A stretch of 64,000 nt of DNA from a bacterium. GTDB taxonomy: Bacteria > Verrucomicrobiota > Verrucomicrobiia > Limisphaerales > UBA8199. Location of the stretch: assembly GCA_021784555.1 (NCBI GenBank), contig JAJYHY010000001.1, forward strand, positions 14,167 through 78,166, written 5' to 3'. This document shows, piece after piece, positions 16,189 to 24,801 of this stretch. Each line of letters starts with the position of its first letter. The stretch's first letter is position 1. The translations under genes were made by a program, and so were the position numbers. Under the pieces are notes generated by a model, which was not told the origin of the DNA, searched no databases, and worked only from the letters and a program-made list of their open reading frames with translations.

Positions 16189-16923
16189 TCAGCCCAGGCC
16201 CTCCACCACCCGCCTCACCGCCTCCGCGTCGGTCGTCTTCCAACTGAATTCCGGCGGGCGGAGCACTCCGCCCATGAAGACCTTGGGATTCCGATGGTGC
16301 ATCTGGCTCTCAACGGTACGGCCCACGCTCAGATGGATTTCTTTGACACCCGTTGCCGTCGCGATCCGGCGGGCGTTGTTGGGCGTGACGCCTCCGCCCG
16401 GCATGACGATGATGCGCCCGGCCGCTTGCTTCTCCAGCGCCGCGAGCAGTTCAATCCCTTCCAGACACGAGGCCTCCTGTCCCGAAGTCAGGACTCTGTC
16501 CGCGCCCAAGGCGATGAGCTCCTCCAATCCCTGGCGCGGGTCGCGGCACATATCGAATGCGCGGTGGAACGTCACACTCATCGGGCGGCCCAAGGCGATA
16601 AGTTCCCGCGTGCGCTCCCGATCAATGTCTCCCGCCGCGGTGAGGCATCCGATGACGATCCCATCCGCGCCCAACTCCTTCGCCGTAACGATATCCGCCT
16701 TCATTACCTCGAACTCCTCGGGGCTATAAAGAAAATCCCCGCCTCGCGGACGAATGATCACCTGCAGCCCGATGCGCAACCCTGCCCTGGCCACTTTAAT
16801 AGCGCCAGCGCTGGGAGTTGTGCCGCCCTCCAGCAAATTGGCGCACAACTCCACGCGGCTGGCGCCGCCCTCCTGGGCTGCAAACGCCCCCGCCGGGGAA
16901 TCTACACAAATCTCGACCTTCAT
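16189..16923 (-). CDS. cutC: Copper homeostasis protein CutC family
   Basis: MKVEICVDSPAGAFAAQEGGASRVELCANLLEGGTTPS...HRAFD...TSGQ gives a full-length CutC-like pattern. Confidence 0.9.
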   Translation of the reverse strand: MKVEICVDSPAGAFAAQEGGASRVELCANLLEGGTTPSAGAIKVARAGLRIGLQVIIRPRGGDFLYSPEEFEVMKADIVTAKELGADGIVIGCLTAAGDIDRERTRELIALGRPMSVTFHRAFDMCRDPRQGLEELIALGADRVLTSGQEASCLEGIELLAALEKQAAGRIIVMPGGGVTPNNARRIATATGVKEIHLSVGRTVESQMHHRNPKVFMGGVLRPPEFSWKTTDAEAVRRVVEGLG

Positions 16924-17230
16924 CGTCGCCGATGATCCTGCTTTCCTGAGGGTTGGACAGCAAGAGGTTTCCCAACCTGCAATCTGCCTTGGTCATCCCG
17001 GGCTTTGGGCGCCCAATTAGAATCTGGAGATGACCTCTCATATCGGAAACCTGTCCTCCCGACGATCGTCCGCGGTCCAGAGGCGCACAATGACGGCCGC
17101 GATACTCGCGGTGCCGGAAGAGATCCGTATCACAAGAGTCCGTCCCGCGCCGCAGCAGGGGTGCCGGCCAAGGCCATTGGTAATTGCGTTTCATTGTGAC
17201 GTCCAGGCGGTTTCTGCGGAAACCCGCGGG

Positions 17231-19273
17231 TCAGCGTCCGACCGCCCGGTAGAAGCGGCGGCTGAGGTTTGTTGCCTGGCGGTCGATGAAGACGCTCGGA
17301 ACGCTTGTGCCGACTAAGCTGCCGAGCGCCGTCCAATTGAGCAGGTCGGTCGAGCCTTCGATCTCCCACTGTCCGGCGGCGGGCGCGGAGAGGGTGAGGC
17401 CGAAACCGCCCGGACTCCAGCCGGGAACAGCGCTCAACCGCGCGCCGACAGGGGCCAGCTCAGCGGACTGGAGAATTGTGCCGCCCACGCCGACCACGAC
17501 GAAGGTGTTGTTCCCATAAGCCGCGCCAGACAGATAGTTCATCGTCCCGGCGTCGTGGCTGATCCAGTCTGTGCCGTTTGTCGAACTGAGAATGGTTCCG
17601 GCATCGCCCACCACCAGGAACGTGCCGTTGGCGTAGGCGGCGTGGTAGAGGTCGGCGCTCGTCCCGCTGTTGACGGGAACCCAGTCCACCGCGTTGGTCG
17701 AGTCCCATATATGGCCGCCGTAGCCCGCCGCTATGAAGCGTCCCCCGCCGTAGGCAAGCGTCTTTACCCAAAGCAGGTCGAAGTTCGTCACGATGGTCTC
17801 CGGCTCGGACCAATGCATCGCATCGGGTGAGGTCAAGACGCCGGTGCCGTTGCCCACGACATAAAGGCCGTCGCCATAAGCCACCCCGGCAAGCGGGCCG
17901 AGGTCCTGGGAGCCGGTGCTCCGCCATACGCTGCCGTCGGCGGAAGTCAGGATGGTCCCGTTGGAGCCGACGGCCAGAAATTGGCCATTGGCGTAAATGA
18001 CATCCGGGAGCAGAGTGTCTCCGGTGTTAGTAGCGCTGCTCCAGTCGATGCCGTTCGTGGACACAAGGACCAGGCCCCGTGAGCCGACCGCCACGAACGT
18101 CCCGCCACCGTAGGCCGCCGCGTACAGATCGGGCGCGCTGGGGGATCCAGCGGCGATGCGCGTCCACTTCGCGCCGTCAGCAGACCGCAAGATGGTGCTC
18201 TGGTCCCCCACGGCGACGAACGAGCCCTCGCCATACGTCGCCGCGTTGATCAGCGTGGTGGTCACCGCCGCCGCGAGGTTGAGCCAGCGTGAACCGTTTG
18301 TGGAGACCGAAAGGGCGCCGCTGCCCACCGCTACGAACTTGCCCTCACCGTAGGCGATGTCCCAAATGTGGCCTGTGGTGGCCAGACCGCGGCCGGTCCA
18401 GTTCGTGGCGTCTGGAGAGGTCCAGATTCTCGCGCCGTCGGTGGCAACAAACTGGCCGCCACCATGCATCAGCCAGGAAGCGCTCAACAGCGAGGAGATC
18501 CTGCTCCACGCCAAGCCATCCGGGGAGCTATAGGCCGGGCCACCGGTCAGGGCGACAAAGCGGCCGTCCCCGAACGCCAGCCCGGGACTGATCGGAATGG
18601 CGGTCTGATAAAAGCTCCAGTTGGCTCCGTCGGTGGAGCGGAGGGTTCCTCCCTGAAGGCCGACGGCCAGAAACACCCCGTTGCCGTAGGCCAGGCCCAT
18701 CCAGGATGTCTGGTCCGTGCCCGAGTCCCGGTGGGACCAGTGGACACCGTCCGGGGAGGTGAGAATCGCCGCCATGGGCTGCATGGCTTCGGGATTCCCA
18801 CCCCCTCCGACCGCGATGAACTGTCCGTCGTCATAGATCATCCTGTCCAGGTGAGAGACCCCAAAGGAGGAGTTGCTGGGAGCACTCTGCTGCGCCCAGG
18901 TAGCCAGGTCGGTGGAGGTCACGATCACGGGGAAGGAGCCGCCACCTGGCGGCTGCCCGCCCCCGACGGCGGTCCAGGTTCCCGCGCCCCACGCGATCGA
19001 GCTGAGGGTGTACCCCATTGCGGCCCCGTAGATCGAGCCGAGGTAGCGGCTGGTCCAGTTCGTGGTGTCCGTGGAGGATAAGATCGTGCCGCCGTCCCCG
19101 ACCGCCACAAACATGCCGTTGCCGTACCTGACGGCTTCCAACCCGTTGCCGCTCGGCAGCGGGTTGCGCCACTGCCACTGATCGAGCGGGTCGGCGGCGT
19201 AGCCGCTCAGTTGCGTAGCGAGCAGGAGCAGCGTGGCTCCGCTCCAAAGGCGGTGTGCAGGGCAAGTATTCAT
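17231..19273 (-). CDS. Secreted multi-blade beta-propeller repeat protein (Ycf48/BNR-like repeats) with RFYR C-terminal module
   Basis: About 13 repeats of W..r....L.avayG.G.FVAVG..GtIltS.DG..W. Signal-like [27 protein letters not shown] from ATG 19273. ATGA overlap with the upstream gene at 19270-19273. Confidence 0.85.
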   Translation of the reverse strand: MNTCPAHRLWSGATLLLLATQLSGYAADPLDQWQWRNPLPSGNGLEAVRYGNGMFVAVGDGGTILSSTDTTNWTSRYLGSIYGAAMGYTLSSIAWGAGTWTAVGGGQPPGGGSFPVIVTSTDLATWAQQSAPSNSSFGVSHLDRMIYDDGQFIAVGGGGNPEAMQPMAAILTSPDGVHWSHRDSGTDQTSWMGLAYGNGVFLAVGLQGGTLRSTDGANWSFYQTAIPISPGLAFGDGRFVALTGGPAYSSPDGLAWSRISSLLSASWLMHGGGQFVATDGARIWTSPDATNWTGRGLATTGHIWDIAYGEGKFVAVGSGALSVSTNGSRWLNLAAAVTTTLINAATYGEGSFVAVGDQSTILRSADGAKWTRIAAGSPSAPDLYAAAYGGGTFVAVGSRGLVLVSTNGIDWSSATNTGDTLLPDVIYANGQFLAVGSNGTILTSADGSVWRSTGSQDLGPLAGVAYGDGLYVVGNGTGVLTSPDAMHWSEPETIVTNFDLLWVKTLAYGGGRFIAAGYGGHIWDSTNAVDWVPVNSGTSADLYHAAYANGTFLVVGDAGTILSSTNGTDWISHDAGTMNYLSGAAYGNNTFVVVGVGGTILQSAELAPVGARLSAVPGWSPGGFGLTLSAPAAGQWEIEGSTDLLNWTALGSLVGTSVPSVFIDRQATNLSRRFYRAVGR

Positions 19274-20145
19274 GGCAAAAGCAGGTCCCCGGCGTCCCCC
19301 GGGTGGGCCTGGTGGTCGCGGTTCCAGCGCCTGGAGACGAGGGGCTTCCGTCGGTCCCACAGCCCGGCGGTGGTGAGGCTCTCAACGTGCCCGTCGCAGA
19401 ACACCACGTCCCACCTGCCGCCGTGCCGGCGCTTCATCGCGGCGACGCAACGCGGCGTATCGCTCGACGTTCCCCCCGCCGTTGGAATCGAGAGCAGCGA
19501 GCGGACGTCCGGATTGTCACCCAGGATAGTGGAGCCATAAAACAGGGCCTCTGGGGTGTCCAAAGCGCCAATGATGGAGGCGTCCCCGACCTCGATCATG
19601 TCGGAAGGCGCCCTGACCTGCGTTTCCTTGACAAGCTGGACATCGGCCGGCCCAACCTGGTCGGGTCCGACACCCGGCGTAAGGATGTCCCCACCAAGGC
19701 CAGCACTGTCCCTGGCGTGACCTGTGAAGTTGTAACCATAAGCCCCATGTTCGCGCCCGCCGTCAAAAACCCCAGGCAGGGTCACGTAGTCCGGGCAGGC
19801 GTATACCGTATTGCCCACTGAGTGGAAGGGGGGCCGATCATAGCCGCTGTGCAGCCAGAACGGCGGAGCAGCCTTGATGTACCTCTCGAGGCGCTGCTGC
19901 CAATAGACCGAGGCCATGCCCGGCGCGTCGCCCATCGCGTAGGGTGGATACACATCGAAGTCATCTACGTACATCCTCATCGCCAATCCCCACTGCCGCA
20001 GGTTGCTCTGGCACATCGTGCTGCGAGCGGCGATCTTGGCCCGGCTGAGCGTGGGAAGCAAAATCGCCGCCAGGATGGCGATGATGGCGATGACCACCAG
20101 CAACTCGATCAGTGTGAAACCTCTTCGATTTGTGTGAGCCTTCAT
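19270..20145 (-). CDS. Prepilin-type N-terminal cleavage/methylation domain protein, DUF1559 (H-X9-DG) family, paralog B
   Basis: [25 protein letters not shown] and the C-terminal [13 protein letters not shown] motif. Start at ATG 20145 overlaps the stop of paralog A (ATGA at 20142-20145). Confidence 0.9.
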   Translation of the reverse strand: MKAHTNRRGFTLIELLVVIAIIAILAAILLPTLSRAKIAARSTMCQSNLRQWGLAMRMYVDDFDVYPPYAMGDAPGMASVYWQQRLERYIKAAPPFWLHSGYDRPPFHSVGNTVYACPDYVTLPGVFDGGREHGAYGYNFTGHARDSAGLGGDILTPGVGPDQVGPADVQLVKETQVRAPSDMIEVGDASIIGALDTPEALFYGSTILGDNPDVRSLLSIPTAGGTSSDTPRCVAAMKRRHGGRWDVVFCDGHVESLTTAGLWDRRKPLVSRRWNRDHQAHPGDAGDLLLP

Positions 20146-21011
20146 GGGAAGTTGAATTCGACGAGGTCTTGGGAATGAGCCTGGTGGTCGCGGCTCCAGC
20201 GCCGGGCGACTAACGGGTTCCGCACGTCCCACAGGCCGGCCGCCGTGAGGTTCTCGGCGTGGCCGTCGCAGAAGACCACGTTCCACCTGCCCGCGTGGCG
20301 GGTTCTCATGCTCGCCACCGCCAAGGCGGCGTTTGCATCGCCCGGTTTGATCCAGGAGGTCCGTAGGGAGAGCAAGGGCATGATATTCGGCCCCCAGTGC
20401 AGCGAGGTGTACCCCTGGGCCACCGCATCCGGCCCGCTCAACTCCATGAGATAGGCGTCCGCCATCTCGATCATGTCACACGGCACGCGCACGTCTCCTT
20501 CAGCGACAAGCACGATGTTGGACGGATCGCTCTCCGCGGGGCCGCCCACCGAGCAAGGAATGTCGTTCTCGCCCAAGCCTCGCGAGCTCATGTATCCGGC
20601 ATTGTATCCGTAGGCGCCAAAGGTTTGTCCGCCATCGAAGCCACCGGGCAGCCTCACGTAGCCCGGGCAGGCATAAATGCTATTGCCCACCGGACCGTAA
20701 GGCGCCTGGTCAAAGGCGCTGTCCAGCCACAGCGGCGGCTTCGCCTTGACGTACCTCTGCAGCCGCTGCTGCCAATAGAGAGCCGGCGAGTAAGGCGTGT
20801 CCTTCATGTCGTATGGCGGATAGAACTTGAAATCATCCACATACATCCTGATCGCCAATCCCCACTGGCGCAGGTTGCTCTGGCACATCGTGCTCCGGGC
20901 GGCGATCTTGGCCCGGCTGAGGGTGGGCAGGAGGATCGCCGCCAGGATGCCGATGATGGCAATGACCACCAGCAATTCGATCAGTGTGAAACCGTTTCGG
21001 TTCGTTCGCAT
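20142..21011 (-). CDS. Prepilin-type N-terminal cleavage/methylation domain protein, DUF1559 (H-X9-DG) family, paralog A
   Basis: [25 protein letters not shown] and [16 protein letters not shown] 21011 is preceded by AAGGAG (21018-21023). The longer track start at 21041 lies inside the putative promoter. Confidence 0.9.
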   Translation of the reverse strand: MRTNRNGFTLIELLVVIAIIGILAAILLPTLSRAKIAARSTMCQSNLRQWGLAIRMYVDDFKFYPPYDMKDTPYSPALYWQQRLQRYVKAKPPLWLDSAFDQAPYGPVGNSIYACPGYVRLPGGFDGGQTFGAYGYNAGYMSSRGLGENDIPCSVGGPAESDPSNIVLVAEGDVRVPCDMIEMADAYLMELSGPDAVAQGYTSLHWGPNIMPLLSLRTSWIKPGDANAALAVASMRTRHAGRWNVVFCDGHAENLTAAGLWDVRNPLVARRWSRDHQAHSQDLVEFNFP

Positions 21012-21033
21012 AGGGTACTCCTTGTTGTTCATG

Positions 21034-21050
21034 AGCATCATTCATGCCAG
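21034..21050 (-). promoter_or_regulatory. Candidate sigma-54 (-24/-12) promoter
   Basis: The minus strand reads CTGGCATGAATGATGCT, with GG and GC spaced exactly as in TGGCAC-N5-TTGCW. It lies 24 nt upstream of ATG 21011 and immediately 5' of the SD. Confidence 0.45.
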
Positions 21051-21111
21051 GCTGCGCGACAGGCCCAATCAAGCACGTTTTCAACGCCCCGCTGGGGAGC
21101 ACCCCGCAAAA

Positions 21112-21152
21112 ATGCGTGAAGATCACGCATAGAATGCGTGAATTTCACGCAT
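21112..21152. promoter_or_regulatory. Two tandem perfect 19-bp palindromes (UAS/operator-like)
   Basis: ATGCGTGA-aga-TCACGCAT (21112-21130) and ATGCGTGA-att-TCACGCAT (21134-21152), with centres 22 bp apart. They sit about 100 and 120 bp upstream of the predicted start site. Confidence 0.7.
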
Positions 21153-21240
21153 CCCTGGCCCCCAAGTTTGCTCGCCACAGGCCCGAGAGCCTGCTCGCCG
21201 CCCCGCTCCTCCCGCCACCGAGGCCCCCGCTCCCCGCGCG

Positions 21241-21275
21241 AATCGCAAATCGCAAATCTGAAATCGCCAATTTCC
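21241..21275. repeat. 7-nt-periodic array (AATCGCA)n
   Basis: aatcgca aatcgca aatctga aatcgcc aatttcc. Confidence 0.8.
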
Positions 21276-21334
21276 CCGAGCTCCTCGGCCACACCCCGGC
21301 TCGCGGTCGGCTTTGGACCAGCCGTTGTAGGAAA

Positions 21335-21395
21335 CGAGGTAACGAGTCTCCGATTTGCCGGGCCCTTTGGAACGGAACAGAGACTCGTTACCTCG
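21335..21395 (-). terminator. Long hairpin downstream of the BlaR1-like gene (possible terminator)
   Basis: The 16-bp perfect arms cgaggtaacgagtctc (21335-21350) and gagactcgttacctcg (21380-21395) enclose a 29-nt loop. It lies 49 nt after stop 21444. Only a short TTT follows on the minus strand. Confidence 0.4.
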
Positions 21396-21443
21396 TCTCC
21401 CACAGTTTTGGGGCGGGCTTTGTATATGCTGACGCTCATGGGC

Positions 21444-23207
21444 CTAATTCCTCGTGCGAAAGGTGTAGAGCACCGGCTCAAGCGGAACGCCCGCGGCGCT
21501 CTGGAAGTTATTATGCGAAGGGCCGTTGAGCCTCATCCGGTATTCCTTGCCCGGCTCCAACTCGACCGGCACAACGCACGTTCGCCGGTCATCAGTCCAA
21601 TAGGGCACGCCGCCATCGGGAGTGCCTGGAGCCGAAGCTCCCGCAAGCAGGCAGGAACAGCCGCGTCCCATCGGCACGTTGAAGCTCACGCGAAGTTCTC
21701 TTAAAGCTGGATCCACGTCCTTGGCCCCGTTAGCCGGCACGGCGGCAACGACTACGGGCCTGACCAGCTTTTTCTCGACCGCCCCGCCCGCGCCGCGCGT
21801 GCAAAAGTAGATCACCGAGAGTGCGGCCGGGACGCCGCCCACGCTCCGGAAGCCTCGGTGGCTTTCGGAGTTCACGCCAACCCGGTAGTAACGGCCAGGC
21901 TGGAGCCTCACCGGCAGGACGCAGGTGCGTTTGCCGCGCCAAGAGGGCTTCCCGCCGGGTCGGCCAGGCGGAAACCGATCCAGCGCGCCCGTCCAGGAGA
22001 AGGTGGGAGACATGGCGTGGTCGAAGGTGACGGTGATGGCCTTGAGGCCGGGATCGACGCCGGTTTGGCCGATGCGCGGCGTGGTCGCAATTACGCGCGG
22101 GGGCGCATTGGGCGCGGGAGGGATGGTCCGGCTCGGCTCCGGCCGGAGGGTTGTTTGCGCGGGCTGGCTGCGCATCCCGGCGGGCCACCGCGGTTCGGCG
22201 TCGGTGAGGGTTGCCACCGCGAGGAGGATGGCGGCTGAGGCGGCCAGGAACGGCAGGCCGGACGGGCCTCGCCCGTTCGCGATGAGCCGGATGCGATGCT
22301 TCATATCGCTCCCGCCGAGCGACAGGCCCGCCACGCCCGGCGCCCGCGAAGAACGCCCGAAGCTCTCCAGCAGCTTGATAATCGTCTCGCCATAGGCGCG
22401 GCGCTCCTCGGCCCGCGCGCCGGAAAGGGCCAGGGCATCGCAGGCCAGCTCCTCGTCCAGACGCATCCGGTTCAGGGCGCACCAGGCCAGCGGGTTAAAC
22501 CAGTGCAAAGCCAGCGGGATAGAGCTGAGGACATTGAACGCGACGTCGCGGCGCTTGAGATGGCTCACCTCGTGCAGAAAGACGTGGCGGAGCTCCGTGG
22601 GTGAAAAGCCGCCGCACAAACCCTTGGGCGAGAGCAGGCGCGGGTGGAGCACGCCGAACAGGCATGGGCCGCGCACGGCGGAGGTCTCGATGATCGGCAC
22701 CGTCCTTTTCACGCCCATTTCTCTCTGGCACTCCTCCAGCAACTCCAGCACAAACGGCTCGGTCAACGGCCGCAGCCGCCGCACGCGCCGGCGCAGATTC
22801 CAGGTCGTCGCCGCAAGGTAGCCGGCGAGGGCCAGGGCCCCCGCCGCCCAACAACTCGCCGCCCAGGTCTGCCATGATAGGGGACCAATTTGGCCGACCG
22901 CGAGGCGGGCGGACGCCGAACGCGCCGCCAAGCCCGAGCGCGCCGGCAAAAATGCCTGGCCGGTTGCCACCGGCGCGAGGGACGTGGGGGCAAACAGATT
23001 ATAGATGCTCAACCGGCTCGGGGCGGACCACGGCAGCACCATCCGCGCCAGCACCACCAGCCACAGCGCCTGCCGCCACCGGGGGGCAAGCCGCCCGCCC
23101 AGCACCCACCGAACCACCAGCACCAGGACAACCGCCAGCGAGGCCCGCCACGATGCCGCCAGCACCCACCCGAACAAACCGTCCATTGCGTGCAGGAACG
23201 CCGCCAT
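21444..23207 (-). CDS. BlaR1/MecR1-type M56 peptidase sensor with C-terminal Ig-like (SbsA-type) domains
   Basis: HEXXH in FLHEVSHLKRRD, N-terminal TM segments, and two repeats of PRV/PVV...P..G...VDP.L..i.V.F...M in the C-terminal half. No penicillin-binding domain motifs seen. Confidence 0.85.
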   Translation of the reverse strand: MAAFLHAMDGLFGWVLAASWRASLAVVLVLVVRWVLGGRLAPRWRQALWLVVLARMVLPWSAPSRLSIYNLFAPTSLAPVATGQAFLPARSGLAARSASARLAVGQIGPLSWQTWAASCWAAGALALAGYLAATTWNLRRRVRRLRPLTEPFVLELLEECQREMGVKRTVPIIETSAVRGPCLFGVLHPRLLSPKGLCGGFSPTELRHVFLHEVSHLKRRDVAFNVLSSIPLALHWFNPLAWCALNRMRLDEELACDALALSGARAEERRAYGETIIKLLESFGRSSRAPGVAGLSLGGSDMKHRIRLIANGRGPSGLPFLAASAAILLAVATLTDAEPRWPAGMRSQPAQTTLRPEPSRTIPPAPNAPPRVIATTPRIGQTGVDPGLKAITVTFDHAMSPTFSWTGALDRFPPGRPGGKPSWRGKRTCVLPVRLQPGRYYRVGVNSESHRGFRSVGGVPAALSVIYFCTRGAGGAVEKKLVRPVVVAAVPANGAKDVDPALRELRVSFNVPMGRGCSCLLAGASAPGTPDGGVPYWTDDRRTCVVPVELEPGKEYRMRLNGPSHNNFQSAAGVPLEPVLYTFRTRN

Positions 23208-23210
23208 GGC

Positions 23211-23585
23211 TTACGACTCCTTCTCCAGGATGGCCTTCAATTCCCGCACCTCTTTGGCCGAGAGCTTCTTGTGCTCGACAAAATAGGCCAGCATTGGCTT
23301 GAGCGAGCCCCCGAACACCAGGTTCAAGAACCCCCGGCTGGCCGCCTCGACACATTCCTCCCGGCTCACCAGCGGCCGGTAGAGGTAGGCCCGGCCCTGC
23401 TTTTGGAAGGCGAGCACTTTTTTCTGTACCAGTCGGCCCAGGTAGGTCTTGACGGTCCGGAAATGCCACGAGGCGTCCCCTTCGCGCAACCTCCGAATCA
23501 CCTCTTCGGCCGTCACCGGGGCGCGCTCCCAGATGACGTTCATGACCTCCCACTCGTTATCAGAGATTTGCGGTGTGGCTTTCAT
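23211..23585 (-). CDS. BlaI/MecI/CopY-family transcriptional repressor
   Basis: ISDNEWEVMNVIWERAPVTAEEVIRRL...TVKTYLGRLVQKKVLAFQKQGRAYLYRPLVSREE. Its stop lies 3 nt before the BlaR1-like start. Confidence 0.9.
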   Translation of the reverse strand: MKATPQISDNEWEVMNVIWERAPVTAEEVIRRLREGDASWHFRTVKTYLGRLVQKKVLAFQKQGRAYLYRPLVSREECVEAASRGFLNLVFGGSLKPMLAYFVEHKKLSAKEVRELKAILEKES

Positions 23586-23624
23586 AAGCTGTTTGACGGC
23601 GAGGTTGCCCTCGCGATAATGATG

Positions 23625-23642
23625 AGACTACACAAATAGTCT
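23625..23642. promoter_or_regulatory. Candidate operator upstream of the BlaI-like gene
   Basis: AGACTA-cacaaa-TAGTCT has perfect 6-bp arms. It is nested inside the 8-bp inverted repeat ttgacggc (23593-23600) / gccgtcaa (23646-23653), 40-57 nt upstream of ATG 23585. Confidence 0.4.
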
Positions 23643-23858
23643 TTAGCCGTCAATAGAAAAATTGAGTCTTTTTGCGACCCCCCCACGGCCGTTGACAAAC
23701 TCCGCACCGCGTAGCGCAGACTTCCATGTCTGCTGTGTCACGGGCTTCCAAGCACGCCCGGACCGAAACGCTCAATGAGCGGCGGAAGGGGCCATAGGCG
23801 TCGGGAGGGCGAATTTGAGATTCTAGCGACGCAGTGTTCAGACCACTTGTTTTGGTCA

Positions 23859-24009
23859 GGGAGAATTGAGAATTAAGAATTGAGAACTTTAAATTGAGTC
23901 CCGATTCGGAGGGTGCTTGGGAGGGCGGCGCTGCTTTGCTTTTCGCAATCGATGGGGACTTGCCATCCATTTGCAATTTGCAATTCTTAATTCCCAATTC
24001 TCAATCTCC
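23859..24009. repeat. Inverted pair of GAGAATT-type heptamer arrays flanking a ~90-bp core
   Basis: The left arm is gggagaattgagaattaagaattgagaac (23859-23887). The right arm is caattcttaattcccaattctcaatctcc (23981-24009), the reverse complement of ggagattgagaattgggaattaagaattg. Confidence 0.75.
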
Positions 24010-24209
24010 ACGGATCTGGTGCCGCCCTTACGAAACTTGACCTGTTAACAACATGTTTTCAGAGTCTAGAACTCTAGCGAGGCAGGCCTCGGACCACCAC
24101 TTCAAGGGAAATAGCAACCACGGAACACACCGTGAGAACCACAGAATACACGGAATACACGGAAAAGGCAGAGCCTGCCTGCGCCGGGTTCGGTAGTTGG
24201 CCCTTGAAT

Positions 24210-24326
24210 TCACATCACAAATCGTTTGTGCTCCACGCCGGGGTAGTGCCCGAAGTTGATGAGCAGTCCGGCCAGCTCTAATTCGAGGCACTCCTGATAG
24301 ACCGGCTCAACAAAACCGCAGCCTTT
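24210..24326 (-). pseudogene. GxxExxY-protein gene remnant (5'-truncated, internal deletion)
   Basis: The minus frame reads KGCGFVEPVYQECLELEL|AGLLINFGHYPGVEHKRFVM*. GFVEPVY is the GxxExxY motif and GLLINF...KR.V is the family C-terminus. The ~60 aa normally between them are missing. Confidence 0.5.
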
Positions 24327-24330
24327 CTCT

Positions 24331-24530
24331 TTATAGCCCGCGCGGCGCGGCGGCTGGCTCCGGGTCCGCCCAGCGAGCCAACGATGCCGGCGAGGCGCTC
24401 TTTAAGGCGGGAGCGAAGGTTCTCATTTCGGAGCGGTTCAAGTCCCGCCTGGGCGATGTTGTGCGGGGTGGCGTCCTGCTGGATGAACTCCGGAAAGAAA
24501 AGACGCGGCATGAGCACAGCATCTGTCAGC
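24331..24530 (-). pseudogene. Possible lpxB (lipid-A-disaccharide synthase) 3'-end fragment
   Basis: LMPRLFFPEFIQQDATPHNIAQAGLEPL...LAGIVGSLGGPGASRRAARAI resembles LpxB C-termini (PEliQ..atpe.la....LG..GAs.raA..i). No upstream LpxB-like sequence is present. Confidence 0.35.
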
Positions 24531-24728
24531 GGGAGTGCAAGGCTGGCCGAGAGGTTGGTTGAACTGGAAAAACAGTTCGTGGAATTGCGCGCGCTGGTGT
24601 TACGCCTCGCGCCGCCCAAAAAGGATTGGCGCTTTACGGCGGGGATGATGCCCGATGATGAAGTTTCTCGCGGCGGTGATCGTCTTGGTCGCGAATGGAG
24701 GAAGGCGGTGAACCGCGACGACTCATGA
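24510..24728 (+). CDS. Small antitoxin-like protein (partner of the PIN stub)
   Basis: MSTASVSGSARLAERLVELEKQFVELRALV...KKDWRFTAGMMPDDEVSRGGDRLGREWRKAVNRDD. ATGA overlap with the downstream MIVLDTDH ORF at 24725-24728. Confidence 0.5.
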   Translation: MSTASVSGSARLAERLVELEKQFVELRALVLRLAPPKKDWRFTAGMMPDDEVSRGGDRLGREWRKAVNRDDS

Positions 24729-24757
24729 TCGTCCTGGACACCGACCACGCGAGTGAA
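24725..24757 (+). pseudogene. vapC: vapC (PIN-domain toxin) 5' stub
   Basis: MIVLDTDHAS is a canonical PIN N-terminus. The sequence then loses all PIN similarity and runs into the 3' end of the convergent GH2 gene (stop at 24802). Confidence 0.45.
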
Positions 24758-24801
24758 CGATTCGTGGTCGTCGTCACCGTTGAGTTACCGAGGCTCGGCA
24801 C

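Noticed and set aside
21012-21041. A longer start ([10 protein letters not shown]...) for DUF1559 paralog A.
   Set aside because: The AAGGAG SD sits directly before ATG 21011, and the extra codons overlap the -12 element of the putative promoter. The mature pilin-like motif follows Met 21011 at the usual distance.
23650-23997. 115-aa ORF on the minus strand upstream of the BlaI-like gene.
   Set aside because: It is translated from the heptamer arrays and hairpin repeats ('FSILNSQFS', 'ARDTADMEVCATR') and is not protein-like.
24278-24748. 156-aa minus-strand ORF spanning the fragment mosaic.
   Set aside because: Only its last ~65 aa look protein-like (an LpxB tail). The remainder is antisense to the antitoxin-like ORF and has no features, so it is treated as a fragment rather than a gene.
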